A model generated the notes under the pieces. The model had not been told where the DNA came from. It worked only from the letters and a program-made list of their open reading frames with translations, and did not search any database. A stretch of DNA of 64,000 bases from an uncultured Gemmatimonadaceae bacterium (GTDB lineage: Bacteria > Gemmatimonadota > Gemmatimonadetes > Gemmatimonadales > Gemmatimonadaceae), in assembly GCA_963822945.1 (NCBI GenBank), contig CAWGJO010000026.1, forward strand, positions 1 through 64,000, written 5' to 3'. Made by a program: the position numbers and the translations under genes. This document shows, piece after piece, positions 39,943 through 50,363 of the stretch; the first letter of the stretch is position 1, and every line of letters starts with the position of its first letter.

Positions 39943-40353
39943 ATGCTGACCTATCCGGCGGCCCGGGACACCCTCGTCAACCAGCTCCGCGCCGACGCGG
40001 CGTCGCATCGCGCCGTGCAGTACGACGCCATCGGCCGCCGCTTCGACCGTGTCGAGCACGAGTTCCCCACCGGCACGGCGCCGGAGTTGGCCAAGCTCCA
40101 CATCGCGCTGGCGTTCTGGGACGGATGGATCGACGCCCGCAACAACGGGTGGCCCCGCGGGCCGATTGCCGAGGCCGACTGGCCTGCGCTCGCCGAGTCT
40201 GTGGCCGACGACCTCGCCGCCGACCATGAGATCGGCAATCCGCTGGTACTCGCGCGCTTCGACATCGTCCGGCATCCGAACCTCAACGAACGGGTGCAGA
40301 CCCTGGCCGCGCGCCTCCGCAAGCGCGACGGAGAAGGAAACGTCGTCGCGTGA
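39943..40353 (+). CDS. Hypothetical protein
   Basis: Biased codon usage, FWDGWIDA motif, stop overlaps the def start (GTGA). Confidence 0.6.
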   Translation: MLTYPAARDTLVNQLRADAASHRAVQYDAIGRRFDRVEHEFPTGTAPELAKLHIALAFWDGWIDARNNGWPRGPIAEADWPALAESVADDLAADHEIGNPLVLARFDIVRHPNLNERVQTLAARLRKRDGEGNVVA

Positions 40354-40859
40354 GGGACCTTCCCATCGAGCTGCTCGGCTCTCCGCTGCTTCGACAGCGC
40401 GCCGCCGAGATCGAACATTTCGACGACGCCCTGCGCGAACTCGTCCAGGCCATGTTCCGTACCATGTACCGGGCCCAGGGGCAGGGGCTGGCCGGTCCGC
40501 AGGTCGGCGTGCTGCAGCGTGTGATCGTGATCGACATGCCCGACGACGACTCGGCGGCGCTCGCGCTCGTCAATCCGACGGTCGTGGAACGTGCGTCGCA
40601 GACCCGGAAGTTCGAGGAGGGCTGTCTGAGCATTCCCGGGGTGACGGCCCCCGTGGCACGGAGTACCCGCGTCGTCGTCGAGGCCCGCACGCCCGACGGC
40701 GCGCCGATCCGGATCGAGGCAGAGGACGCGCTCGCCGACTGCCTGCAGCACGAGATCGATCACCTGGACGGGGTGTTGTACATCGACCACCTCTCCCACC
40801 TGCAGCGCCAGCTGCTGCTCAAACGCTACCGGAAACTCGAGACGCGCCGGCAGGCCTGA
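40350..40859 (+). CDS. def: Peptide deformylase
   Basis: G.GLAGPQVG, EGCLS, QHEIDHLDG. Confidence 0.95.
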   Translation: MRDLPIELLGSPLLRQRAAEIEHFDDALRELVQAMFRTMYRAQGQGLAGPQVGVLQRVIVIDMPDDDSAALALVNPTVVERASQTRKFEEGCLSIPGVTAPVARSTRVVVEARTPDGAPIRIEAEDALADCLQHEIDHLDGVLYIDHLSHLQRQLLLKRYRKLETRRQA

Positions 40860-40881
40860 CCGGCGCTCGAGGAGGATACCG

Positions 40882-41328
40882 ATGGCCGATGCCCGACTCT
40901 CTCAAACGCTGATCGGCACCTGGGAACTCTACGCCCGCGAGGACCGCACCCCGGCCGGTGACCTGCGCGTCGATCCGGCGTTGGGGGCCGACCCGGTGGC
41001 GCTCCTCTACTACGACCGCGGTGGCCACTTCGCCGCGCAGTTCATGAAGCGCGACCGGTCGGGGGTCGAAGCCGAAGCCGGCAGCGCCGGCCCCAACAAC
41101 AGCCGTGCACGCGGCGGCTACGACGCGTACTTCGGCGAGTACTCGGTGAACGACGCCGACGGCACCGTGACCCAGCGGCTCACCGGCGCGCTCTCCCCCG
41201 AGAACGTGGGGCAGGTGCTCACGCGCGGCATGACGGTGCGGGGCGATGAACTCGTCATCGAACTCGACACCGCGTCGGTGACGGGCGAGCCGGTCACCCG
41301 AACGCTGCGCTGGCGGCGCGTCGGATAA
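40882..41328 (+). CDS. Lipocalin-like domain protein
   Basis: LIGTWEL, AYFGEY, C-terminal LRWRR; GAGGAGG RBS. Confidence 0.8.
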   Translation: MADARLSQTLIGTWELYAREDRTPAGDLRVDPALGADPVALLYYDRGGHFAAQFMKRDRSGVEAEAGSAGPNNSRARGGYDAYFGEYSVNDADGTVTQRLTGALSPENVGQVLTRGMTVRGDELVIELDTASVTGEPVTRTLRWRRVG

Positions 41329-41355
41329 CGCGCCATCGCCGCCCGGCCACCCCGC

Positions 41356-43248
41356 CTACGCGGCGTGGTGCTGCTGCATTTTGGCTTCGGTGACGGTGCG
41401 CTCGTACAGGTTGAGCACGTGGCTGCGCGTGATGAGGCCCAGGTAGCTGCCGTCCTCCGCATCCACCACCGGCACGGCGCCCGCGCCGCGCACACCCATC
41501 TTGCGAATCGCGTCGAGCAGGGTGTCGGCCGGCGTCACGGTCTCGGTGGGCCGCGCCACGTCGGCGGCCACGATCAACTCCGCCAGATAGCCCGAGTTCG
41601 CCGCCACCTCTCCCAGGTCGTTGATCGCAATCACGCCGATGAGCTGCCGGTCGTCGCTCACCACCGGGAAGTAGGTCTGGTCGCTGTTGCCCAACTGCCG
41701 GAGGAAATCGTGCACCGGGGCCTCTTCCGGAAGCGTCTGCGCATTGCGGTCGTACGCATCGGCCACGCGCAGGCCGGCCAGCGTGTCGCGGTCGGCGCCA
41801 TGCGCCACGCTCTCGCCGCGCCGCCGCAGCCAACCACTGTACAGCGAATCGGGTTCGAGCTTGCGGGCCACCGTGTGCGCAATCACCACCGTGAGCATCA
41901 GCGGAAGCATGATCGCGTAGTCGTGCGTCATCTCGAATGCCAGCAGGATGCCGGTGATCGGCGCGTCGGTGGCGCCGGCGATCATCGCTCCCATGCCCAC
42001 CAGGCCGTAGATGCCGGGGTGGATGTTTCCGGCGGGCCAGGCGGCAGCCAGCGCGCTCCCAACGGCGCCGCCGGTGGCCGCACCGATATACAAAGAAGGC
42101 GTGAAGACGCCGCCCGATCCGCCGGTGTTCAGTGTGAGGGAGGTGGCGATGATCTTGCCGATGGCCAGCGCCGCCAGCGCGTACCAGCTGAACGTGGTGA
42201 ACGAGGTGACGTTGATGGCCAGGTGCCCGAAGCCGACCAGATGCCCCTGCGAGACGAATACCATCACGCCCACGGCAGCGCCGCCGATCGTGGCGATCAT
42301 CGGCGCGCTGTACGTCTGCTTCTTCACCCAGTCGCCGATGTTGAAGTAGACGCGGACGAATCCCGCCGCCGTGAGTCCGGCGATCAACCCCAGTAGCGGG
42401 AAGAACACCAGCACCTCGCTCACATGGCTGTAGGTGAAGGCATCCATGTTGGCACTCGGCAGCGCGAACGCGGGGTGGTTGCCGAGGAAGGCCTGCGACA
42501 CCACCGCCGACATGACCGCCGCCACGACCACCGGGGCGAACGAAATCCCCGCCATCGTGCCCAGCGTCTCCTCGAGGGCGAAGAAGGCGCCGGCGAGCGG
42601 GGCATTGAAAGCGGCGCTGATCGCCGCCCCGGTGGCGCATCCCACGAGCACGCGCACCCGTCCCGGCTCGAAGCGGAAGCGGCGCCCAAGCCACGAACCG
42701 ATCAGCGCGCCCAGCACGACGACGGGACCTTCGCTGCCGGCCGACCCTCCGCTGCCGATGGTCACCGCGCTGGCGGCGGTGCGCGCCAGCGCCGGGCGGG
42801 TGGGGATGAAGCCGCCCCGCTTGACGACGGCCAGCTGGACGTCGGGCACGTTCATCCCTTCGTTCCCCTGGCCCAGCCGGTGCATGATCCAGTACGCGGC
42901 GGCGAAACCGAGGCCGGTGATCACCGGGCGGTAGGCGTTGACCGTGACCTCGGGGATGTACCGCGACGGCCACTTGTAGAAGACGTCGAACGCCAGGTCG
43001 ATGCTCTTGTAGAAGGCGACCACGCCGAGGGCCGCGAGGATGCCGATGGCGACCGCGAAGCCAAGGAGCACCCAGTTCTCACTGAACTCACGGGCGTTGA
43101 ACCACTTGACGAATTCGTCCCAGATGATCTTGCCGACGACGATGCTGCGCCGGACGAACTTCCGGGTCGCGTCGGCGAGGCTAGATTTTGGGGCGTCGGA
43201 CGCCGGTTCGGTTATGGCTGGCACAGCAAGGCGGTCCAACCCGGGCAC
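41356..43248 (-). CDS. ClC-family chloride channel/antiporter with CBS domains
   Basis: GSGGSAGSEGP, AAFNAPLAG, GGVFTPSL, LAFEMT, two C-terminal CBS domains. Confidence 0.92.
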   Translation of the reverse strand: MPGLDRLAVPAITEPASDAPKSSLADATRKFVRRSIVVGKIIWDEFVKWFNAREFSENWVLLGFAVAIGILAALGVVAFYKSIDLAFDVFYKWPSRYIPEVTVNAYRPVITGLGFAAAYWIMHRLGQGNEGMNVPDVQLAVVKRGGFIPTRPALARTAASAVTIGSGGSAGSEGPVVVLGALIGSWLGRRFRFEPGRVRVLVGCATGAAISAAFNAPLAGAFFALEETLGTMAGISFAPVVVAAVMSAVVSQAFLGNHPAFALPSANMDAFTYSHVSEVLVFFPLLGLIAGLTAAGFVRVYFNIGDWVKKQTYSAPMIATIGGAAVGVMVFVSQGHLVGFGHLAINVTSFTTFSWYALAALAIGKIIATSLTLNTGGSGGVFTPSLYIGAATGGAVGSALAAAWPAGNIHPGIYGLVGMGAMIAGATDAPITGILLAFEMTHDYAIMLPLMLTVVIAHTVARKLEPDSLYSGWLRRRGESVAHGADRDTLAGLRVADAYDRNAQTLPEEAPVHDFLRQLGNSDQTYFPVVSDDRQLIGVIAINDLGEVAANSGYLAELIVAADVARPTETVTPADTLLDAIRKMGVRGAGAVPVVDAEDGSYLGLITRSHVLNLYERTVTEAKMQQHHAA

Positions 43249-43374
43249 GCAGGGCGCCGGGCGTTAGATTCAGGGGTTGGAAGTGTTCCAGAAGAATCAA
43301 TCTATTTAGTTTTGGCAGTTCGTGCATTGTCGGGGCCGGGCGGCCCCTACTACACCTTGGGGAGGAATTCTGTG

Positions 43375-43899
43375 ATGAACGTTCGGTTTGGTGCGGGCGT
43401 GGCTGCGGCCATGCTTTCGCTGGCGATGATTGGCTGCGGCGGCGGTGGCGAGAAGGCGGCGGCGGGCAGCAGCACGGCGGCGGCTCCGGCTGCGGCGGCG
43501 TCTGCGTCCGATTCGTCGAGCATGGCGGCCACGAGCTCGGCCAAATACATGGCGCCCACCGGCAAGACGTGGGAAGTGAAGATGATGGGTGACGCGCAGG
43601 GCTATCGTTTCGATCCCAAGACGCTGACCATCCATCAGGGTGATGCGGTCAAGTTCATCATGGTGTCCGGCGGCCCCCACGACGTGACCTTCTGGGCTGA
43701 CAGCATCCCGAGCGGCGCCGAGGCGCAGCTCACGGCCAACATGCCCGACCACACGGCGCCGCTCACCGCGCCGATGTCGGTCAACCCGAACTCGGCGTAC
43801 ACCGTTTCGTTCGCCGGCGTTCCGACGGGGCTGTACAAGTACTACTGCACGCCGCACCTCGCGATGGGGATGGTCGCGCAGATCACGGTCGAGAAGTAA
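43375..43899 (+). CDS. Plastocyanin/azurin-like blue copper lipoprotein
   Basis: GGAGG RBS; lipobox MIGC; Ala/Ser linker; PHDV and YYCTPHLAMGM. Confidence 0.88.
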   Translation: MNVRFGAGVAAAMLSLAMIGCGGGGEKAAAGSSTAAAPAAAASASDSSSMAATSSAKYMAPTGKTWEVKMMGDAQGYRFDPKTLTIHQGDAVKFIMVSGGPHDVTFWADSIPSGAEAQLTANMPDHTAPLTAPMSVNPNSAYTVSFAGVPTGLYKYYCTPHLAMGMVAQITVEK

Positions 43900-44003
43900 G
43901 CACCAATCCTCTGCCGACGGCTGGCCGAGAACGGTCGGCCGCCGGTAGACGACGGGTTCAGAGTTCTCAGTCGACGGGTAGCGGTCGACCGTGCACAAGA
44001 GAA

Positions 44004-44042
44004 CGGGGTGGGGCTCCGGGTACCGAGTCCCACCCCGCTTTC
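44004..44042. terminator. Hairpin between convergent genes
   Basis: CGGGGTGGGGCTC...GAGTCCCACCCCG followed by CTTT. Confidence 0.5.
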
Positions 44043-44118
44043 GTTGCCATCACGGGTGACGGAACCCCGTCGATCCGCGACGCCCCGCATGCGGTTGCGC
44101 CGTAACTTGCCGCCGTCG

Positions 44119-46779
44119 TCAGCCGTCGGCCCGTAGTGCGATGGCCGGATCCACCCCCGCCGCCCGCCTGGCCGGCAGATAGCTGGCGCCCAGCGCCACC
44201 ACCAACAGCACCACGCCCAGCAGCGCGAAGGTGATCGGATTCCCGGGCTGCACGCCGTACAGCACACCCCGAATCAGATGGGTGAAGACGAACGCCGCGG
44301 GCAGCCCGATCGCGATGCCCACGGCGGCGAGCCCGAGTCCCCGGCGCACGATCATTCCCAACACCCGGCCGCGCCCCGCGCCGAGCGCCATGCGCACGCC
44401 GATCTCTTTGCGACGCTGACTCACCAGATAGGCCAGCACGCCGTAGATCCCGAGCGCGCCGAGCACCAGCCCCATCACGCCGAACGCGCCCAACACCGTG
44501 GTCAGGGCCCTCGGTCGGGCCACGGCGTCACGCACCAGCTGATCGAAGGTGAACACCGACGTCACCGGTTGGTCGGGATCCATCGACTGGATCGCCGCGC
44601 GGATGCTCCGCGCCGCCGCCATCGGGTCCGCGCGCGTTCGCATCACGAGCGTCGTCTTGACGCGGGGCGACTGCATGTTGTTCACGTAGACGAGTGGCGG
44701 GGCCGGCTCGTCGAGCGCCGTCTGCCGGATGTCACCCACGACACCGACAATCGGAACCGGCGCCGGGCCGCCCCCGAACTGTATCTTCTTCCCCACGGGG
44801 TTCTGGCCCGGGAAATATCGGTCGGCGAGTGGCTTGTTGACGATCACGCCGAACGGCGTCTTCTGGTTCTCGTCGGCGCGAAACTCCCGGCCGGCGATCA
44901 GCGGGGTGCCGATGGTGTGGAAGTACCCGTCGCTCACCCGCTGCACGTATGTCGTCGGCCACTGCGCACCGGACGCCACCTGCATCCCTTCGGGGCGGAA
45001 GCTCGCTTGCTCGCCCAACCCCTGGAAGGGCGCATACTGTGCCGCGCCGGCCGACACGACGCCCGGGAGCGTCCGCGCCCGCTCGACCACTCGGTGATAG
45101 AACCCCTGGTACCCCGACGAGTCGGTCCAGCGTCCCGGGCTGATGGTGAAGTTCACCGCGACCAGGTGGTCCGGCCGAAATCCGGGGTCAACCCGGAGCA
45201 GCCGCACGAAACTCTCGGTCATGAGCGAAGCGCCGGCCGCGAGCACCAGCGCCAGCGCGACCTCGAACACCACGAGCGCGCTGCGCAGTCGGTGCCCGCC
45301 TGCCAGAGATCGGCCGCCCTCGCGCAGCGTCCGCTGCAGATCACTCCCCGCACTCCGCATCGCCGGTACGAGTCCGAACAGCACGCCGGTTCCCAACGCA
45401 AGGGCGAACGCGAACAGCAGCACTGTTCCATCCACCCCCACCTCGGCGGCGCGCGGCACCTGCCCGGCGGTGAGCGCAAGCAGCCCGCGGGTGCCCAGCA
45501 CGCCGAGTCCCAGCCCCGCTGCCCCTCCCAGCAGGGCGAGCAGGAGACTCTCCGTCAGCAGTTGGCGCGCGATCCGCCCTCGCGTGGCCCCGAGCGACAT
45601 CCGAATCGCCAGCTCATGGGCGCGCCCGGCCCCCCGCGCCAGCTGCAGGCTGGCGAGGTTCACGCAGGCGAGCAGCAGCACCAGCCCTACCGTCCCGAAG
45701 AGCACGAGAAGGCTCGACCGGATGGGCCCCGTCATCGCGCCCTGCAGGGACTCGACGCGCCCCCCGTGGAAGGCCGAATCCTCGACGAACTTCGCCGATA
45801 GACGATGGGCGATGGCATTGGCCTCGTTCCCAGCCTGCGCCACTGCCACCGCCGGCTCGAGACGCGCAATGCCCGTCAGAAAGCGATTCCACCGGATGCG
45901 CGGCGCCATGTCGTCGGTGATCGTGGCGTAGGGGACGTACACGTCCACGTGGTCGGAGGGATAGCGGAACTCCGGCGGGAGGACGCCGATCACCTGATAC
46001 GGGGCATCGCGCAGAGTGAGCGTGGAATCGATCACCGAGGGGGAACCGCCGAATTCCCGCTGCCAGAATCCGTGGGAGAGCACCACCACGTGGACGTTCC
46101 CCCCGCGCACCAACTCGTCGGGCGGGGCAGGCGCCCGCGCGCCGCCTGCACGCCGAGGGTGGCGAAGAAGTCGCGCTCGACGAAGGCGGCGGAGAGGCGC
46201 TGTGCCTCGCGCCCGCCAGTGAGGTCGATGCCGCTGGCTCCGGGCGTGTACCAGAATCCCAGACCTGCGCGAAGTCGCCGCCCTGCTCGCGCCAGTCGTC
46301 GACGTCCACCGCCGATACCGGAGCCGGCGTGGCGCCGTTCTGCGCCGGCCACCCGAAGCGTACGAGTTGCTCGGGGTGCGGGAAGTTGAGCGGGCGCAGC
46401 AGCACCCCGTTCACGATCGAGAAGATGGCGGTGTTCGCGCCGATCCCCAGCGCCAGCGTGAGGACGGCAATGAGCGCGAACCCCGGGCGAGGCGCGCAGC
46501 TTGCGCACGGCGAACACGAGATCCTGGCGAAGCTCACCCATGTAGTCCTTCCGGCGTTGCAGGGTTTCGGTCTCGAGGTCGACGGAGCGGAGATGGCCGC
46601 GCGTCGTCGAGATCACCGAATTCGCGCAGGGCCTGCTCGCGCGCGGCCGTCGGCGACACCCCCGTCCCCACCAGCGCTTCGGCACGACGGTCGAGGTGGA
46701 AGCGCAGCTCCTCGTCCACGTCGGCGGCGATGTCGTTCGGCGTGCGGCGGATGAACCCGAACAGCCGGCGGATCTTCAC
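44119..46779 (-). CDS. Duplicated MacB/FtsX-type ABC permease (ADOP family), frameshifted in the 5' part
   Basis: [63 protein letters not shown]; indels at about 46120-46600. Confidence 0.88.
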
Positions 46780-46810
46780 CTGAAGCTCCGGGACGAACGC
46801 GGGGCGGAGT

Positions 46811-47143
46811 TCATGTGGGGGCGAGGACTCGGGCCACCGCATCGGCGTAGCGCCGCCAGGCCGCCTCTTCCGACTTGAGCCGCTGTCGTCCCTTGGCGGT
46901 GAGGCGGTAGAACCGGGCCCGGCGGTTGTTCTCCGACAGCCCCCACTCGGCGGTCACGGCGCCCGCCCGCTCCAGGCGGTGCAGTGCCTTGTAGAGGGGC
47001 GCGTCCTCGATCTCAATGGTCCCGTCGGTCCGCTCGCGGATCCACCGTGACACGGCGTAGCCGTGCATCGGTTCCCAGGCGAGGGTGCGGAGCACGAGCA
47101 CGTCGAGCGTGCCTTGAAGAAGATCGAGCGAGCGGTCCGGCAT
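46811..47143 (-). CDS. PadR family regulator (acidobacterial ADOP-associated type)
   Basis: LLQGTLDVLVL, MHGY, LYKALHRLE, SENNRRARFY. Confidence 0.92.
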   Translation of the reverse strand: MPDRSLDLLQGTLDVLVLRTLAWEPMHGYAVSRWIRERTDGTIEIEDAPLYKALHRLERAGAVTAEWGLSENNRRARFYRLTAKGRQRLKSEEAAWRRYADAVARVLAPT

Positions 47144-47311
47144 CGTGTCCCCTTACTTGGTACGGGGAAGGTCGCACGACCGATGCCATCGCGCAAGCGC
47201 CCGGGGAAACTTGCGCGTATCGCCCTCGGTTGTTGCCACGGGGGCGGTGATGCCCCGCATGGCAATGTGTTACGGCCGCTGACCCATTCCGTTCAGTGAT
47301 GCCGGGCCGGC

Positions 47312-48839
47312 TCAGCGCGGGCTCCGGCGGGCAGTCGTGGCCCGCCCGCCCGCCGCGCCGCGGGAACGCGGCGCCAACGCCTGGAGGGCCGGCCGCAGCC
47401 GGCGAACCGCCGTGGCGATCGTGCGTTCGGTGACCGCCGAGTAGCCGAACAGGAGCGCCGGCGGCAGCGTCACCTGCTGGCAGTAGCGCGAAAGGGGTGG
47501 CGTCTCGATGCCGACGTCCAGCGCCGCCTGGAACGCGGCGTGGTCGTTGATGCCCTCGCGCAACCGCCCCACCGCGTGCATGCCGATGGCGGCGGGCTCG
47601 ATGCGGAGCAGGCCGCCCAATTCGCGCTCCGCGGCTGCCACGAGGGCCTGCTGCCGGGACCCGTACAGAGTGCGCATGCGGCGCACGTGCCGCGCGAAGT
47701 GTCCCTCGGCCAGGAAGTCGGCCACCACCGCCTGTTCGACCGTGGGTGACAGGTAGTCGGCCAGCGTGCGCCCCATGTGAAACGCATGGGCCAGGTCGCG
47801 CGGCACCACGACGTACCCGAGCCGCAGGGCGGGGAAGAGCGTCTTGCTGAAGGTGCCCAGGTAGATCACGCGGTCCTCGGCGTCCAGCCCCTGCAGGGCG
47901 AGCTGCGGCTGGCCGGCGTAGCGGAACTCGCTGTCGAAGTCGTCCTCGACGATCCAGGCGTCGGCGCGGCGCGCCCAGTCCAGCAGTTCGAGCCGGCGGG
48001 GCAGCGACATCGTGACCCCCAGCGGATACTGGTGCGAGGGCGCGACGAAGGCGGCGCGCGCCCCGGGAGCGCGGCGCTGTCCTTCGTCCACCACCAGCCC
48101 CTCGCCGTCCACCGGTACTGGCACGATGCGCGCGCCCGCCGCGCCGAGCGTTGCCCGGGTGCTCATGTAGCCGGGATCCTCCATCCAGACCGGGTCGCCG
48201 GGGTTGAGCAGCACGCGCGCCGCGAGATCGAGCGCCTGCTCGGGTGCCGCGCACCAGGATCACCTGGTCCACCGCCGCCTTCACGCCGCGGGCGGCGCCG
48301 AGATAGTCCACGATCTCCTGGCGCAGGGGGCGGAAGCCCGCGGGGTCGCCGTAGCGCATCAGCGCGGTGGGGGTCACGCGCCAGCGCCGCTGGTAGAGTT
48401 GACGCCAGATCTTGACCGGGAACGCGTCCACGGCCGGTTCGCCCAGACGGAAGGGGACGGGCGACCGGTTGGAGAAGGGGGCGCCGATGACGGCCGACGT
48501 GTACTGCTCGGCGCGGTCGGCGATCGTCCGCCGGCCGGCCGGTCTGGAACGCTGTCGCGCGGGCGTTCTGGCGGGCGCGGGTCGCAGGTCGGGCAGGTCG
48601 CGCGCCACGTAGCTCCCCGACCCGGTGGACCCGGTGAGGTATCCCTCGGCGATCAGGTGCTCGTAGGCGAGCACCACGGTGCTGCGGGCGACGCCGAGTT
48701 GGGCGGCGAGCCGCCGGGTGGAGGGCACCTGCGTGCCGGGCGGCAGGCGGCCGGCGAGGATGCTCTGGCGGATGGCGTCGAAGATCTGCCGGTAGCGGGT
48801 GCGCCCCGAGTCGGATTCGAGGTTCACGAAGAGTGGCAT
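47312..48839 (-). CDS. MocR/PdxR-type GntR regulator with PLP domain (frameshift near 48240)
   Basis: wHTH YRQI...PSTRRLA..LGVARSTV..AYEHL.AEGY; EDPGY, PSHQYPLG, EDDFDSEF, GTFSK..FPALRLGY. Confidence 0.9.
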
Positions 48840-48903
48840 GGCGCTGGGGGCGCGTCGGCTCACGGAAGTCTCTCGTTCGAGGGTTGCCGGGGCGCAGAGG
48901 GAC

Positions 48904-49015
48904 CAAAGTGGTATGGCACAATACCGCATCTTGGCGCTCCGTGCCAGACCGTTCTGCGCATGGTTCCCCACCAATTCCCTGAGGCGGCGGCAAAGTGGTC
49001 TGGTCGATTCGACCA
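48904..49015. promoter_or_regulatory. Putative MocR operator
   Basis: Direct repeat CAAAGTGGT(A/C)TGG at 48904 and 48991; palindrome TGGTCGA-T-TCGACCA at 49001-49015; between divergent mocR and GNAT genes. Confidence 0.6.
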
Positions 49016-49125
49016 TATCTGGAGCTTGTGGACGCGCCATTGGCTGGCGAGCGTACAGACATAACACGGCCCCGCTCACGGATGAGCGGGGCCATTAGGC
49101 AGGTGAATCTCCAGCACATTCGGTT

Positions 49126-49632
49126 ATGGCGACTCGTAACGGCGACCGCTTTCGTGTCGTGCGCGCGACTCGGAAGCATCTGGAAATGCTCACGGAACTG
49201 TTCCATTCGTACCTGGCGTTCTATCGGTGCGATCACGACCGCGAGCGGGTGAAGACGTTCCTGACGGCGCGGCTGCTCCGCAAGGAGTCGGCGTTGTTCG
49301 TGGCGCTGGAGGGGACGGGGGTCGCGACGCGGGCTGTGGGGTTCGCGCAGCTCTATCCGACGTTCTCGTCGTTGCGGCTGTCGCGGATGTGGGTGCTGAA
49401 CGATCTGTACACCATTCCGGAGTGCCGGCGGCACGGGGTGGCGCACCTGTTGCTGGCGGCGGCGCACACGATGGCGGTGGGCACGTCGGCGTCGCATCTG
49501 GAGTTGATCACGGAGCGGAGCAACGGGGCGGCGCAGCGGGTGTACGAGTCGGTGGGCTTCCGGCCCGACGATCGCTTCTGCCGCTACGAGCAGGATCTGG
49601 TGGACGCCGAGCATCCGGCGATGCTGGCGTGA
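49126..49632 (+). CDS. GNAT family N-acetyltransferase
   Basis: GFAQLYPTFSS, WVLNDLY, RRHGVA, N.AAQRVYESVGF. Confidence 0.9.
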   Translation: MATRNGDRFRVVRATRKHLEMLTELFHSYLAFYRCDHDRERVKTFLTARLLRKESALFVALEGTGVATRAVGFAQLYPTFSSLRLSRMWVLNDLYTIPECRRHGVAHLLLAAAHTMAVGTSASHLELITERSNGAAQRVYESVGFRPDDRFCRYEQDLVDAEHPAMLA

Positions 49633-49690
49633 AACGCGGCGGGGGCGCCTGACGTAGGGAGGGGTGCCCCTTACCGATGAGGTTCACGCG

Positions 49691-49940
49691 ATGTTCACGC
49701 TCGTCAATGGTCTGATCAGACTCGTCGCCGCGGTGGTCCTCGGCGTGTTGTTCCTGATCGGGTTGCCGTTTCTCATCATGGCCGTGATCGCTGGTGGCCT
49801 TTGCGGTGCTGGCGGCGATCTTCGGATTGGCCATCGGTCTGCTGAAGCTGGCCATCTTCGTGGTGTTGCCGGTGTTCATCCTGTTCTGGCTTGTGAAGAA
49901 CGTGCTAGGATTTGGCCGGAAGCGCTCGATGGTGCCGTAG
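49691..49940 (+). CDS. Small hydrophobic membrane protein (one frameshift near 49795)
   Basis: MFTLVNGLIRLVAAVVLGVLFLIGLPFLIMAVIAG continues in another frame as VAFAVLAAIFGLAIGLLKLAIFVVLPVFILFWLVKNVLGFGRKRSMVP*. Confidence 0.5.
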
Positions 49941-50196
49941 CGAGGGAATCTGGACCGGGGCGGTTGCGTCTCACTCAGTGCAGGTGCAGTCTCCTCCAGG
50001 GGAAGGGGTGGGCGGGTCGATACGCGCTGGTGCAGAGGGAAGGACGTAGGTGGTACCGCGTGTGGGGCCTTGCCCGACCGGACTGTGCGACGTTGGCGTA
50101 GTTGATGGACCAGGGCGCGCAGGTTAGGTTACGCGTTCTGCCGTTGGGCCGGATGGCAGTCGAGGGTAGGCTGCACAGGGACATCCGATCCGCGAA

Positions 50197-50270
50197 CGGG
50201 ACGTAGCGCAGTCCGGTAGCGCACCTGAATGGGGTTCAGGGGGTCGCGGGTTCGAATCCCGCCGTCCCGA
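50197..50270 (+). tRNA. tRNA-Pro (GGG), CCA not encoded
   Basis: CGGGACG acceptor stem, D-arm GCGC-AGTCCGGTA-GCGC, anticodon arm CCTGA-ATGGGGT-TCAGG, GGTTCGAATCC T-loop. Confidence 0.95.
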
Positions 50271-50302
50271 TAGAGATACCAGTGGACTTGGAGTATTCGC
50301 GC

Positions 50303-50335
50303 AAAAGCGCCTCGGCCAGTTGCCGAGGCGCTTTT
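50303..50335. terminator. Bidirectional intrinsic terminator
   Basis: AAAAGCGCCTCGGC-CAGTT-GCCGAGGCGCTTTT between the tRNA and the convergent peptidase. Confidence 0.8.
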
Positions 50336-50363
50336 CATTTCTGCTTCAACATCTACCCCGCCC

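Noticed and set aside
40350..40859. Peptide deformylase as formyl source for the HypX-like enzyme
   Set aside because: Ordinary Def about 30 kb away; it releases free formate and shows no linkage.
44119..47143. PadR + duplicated permease as a novel system
   Set aside because: Known, highly expanded pair in Acidobacteriota and Gemmatimonadota.
50197..50335. tRNA-Pro as an island integration site
   Set aside because: No integrase and no duplicated tRNA 3' end seen in the window.
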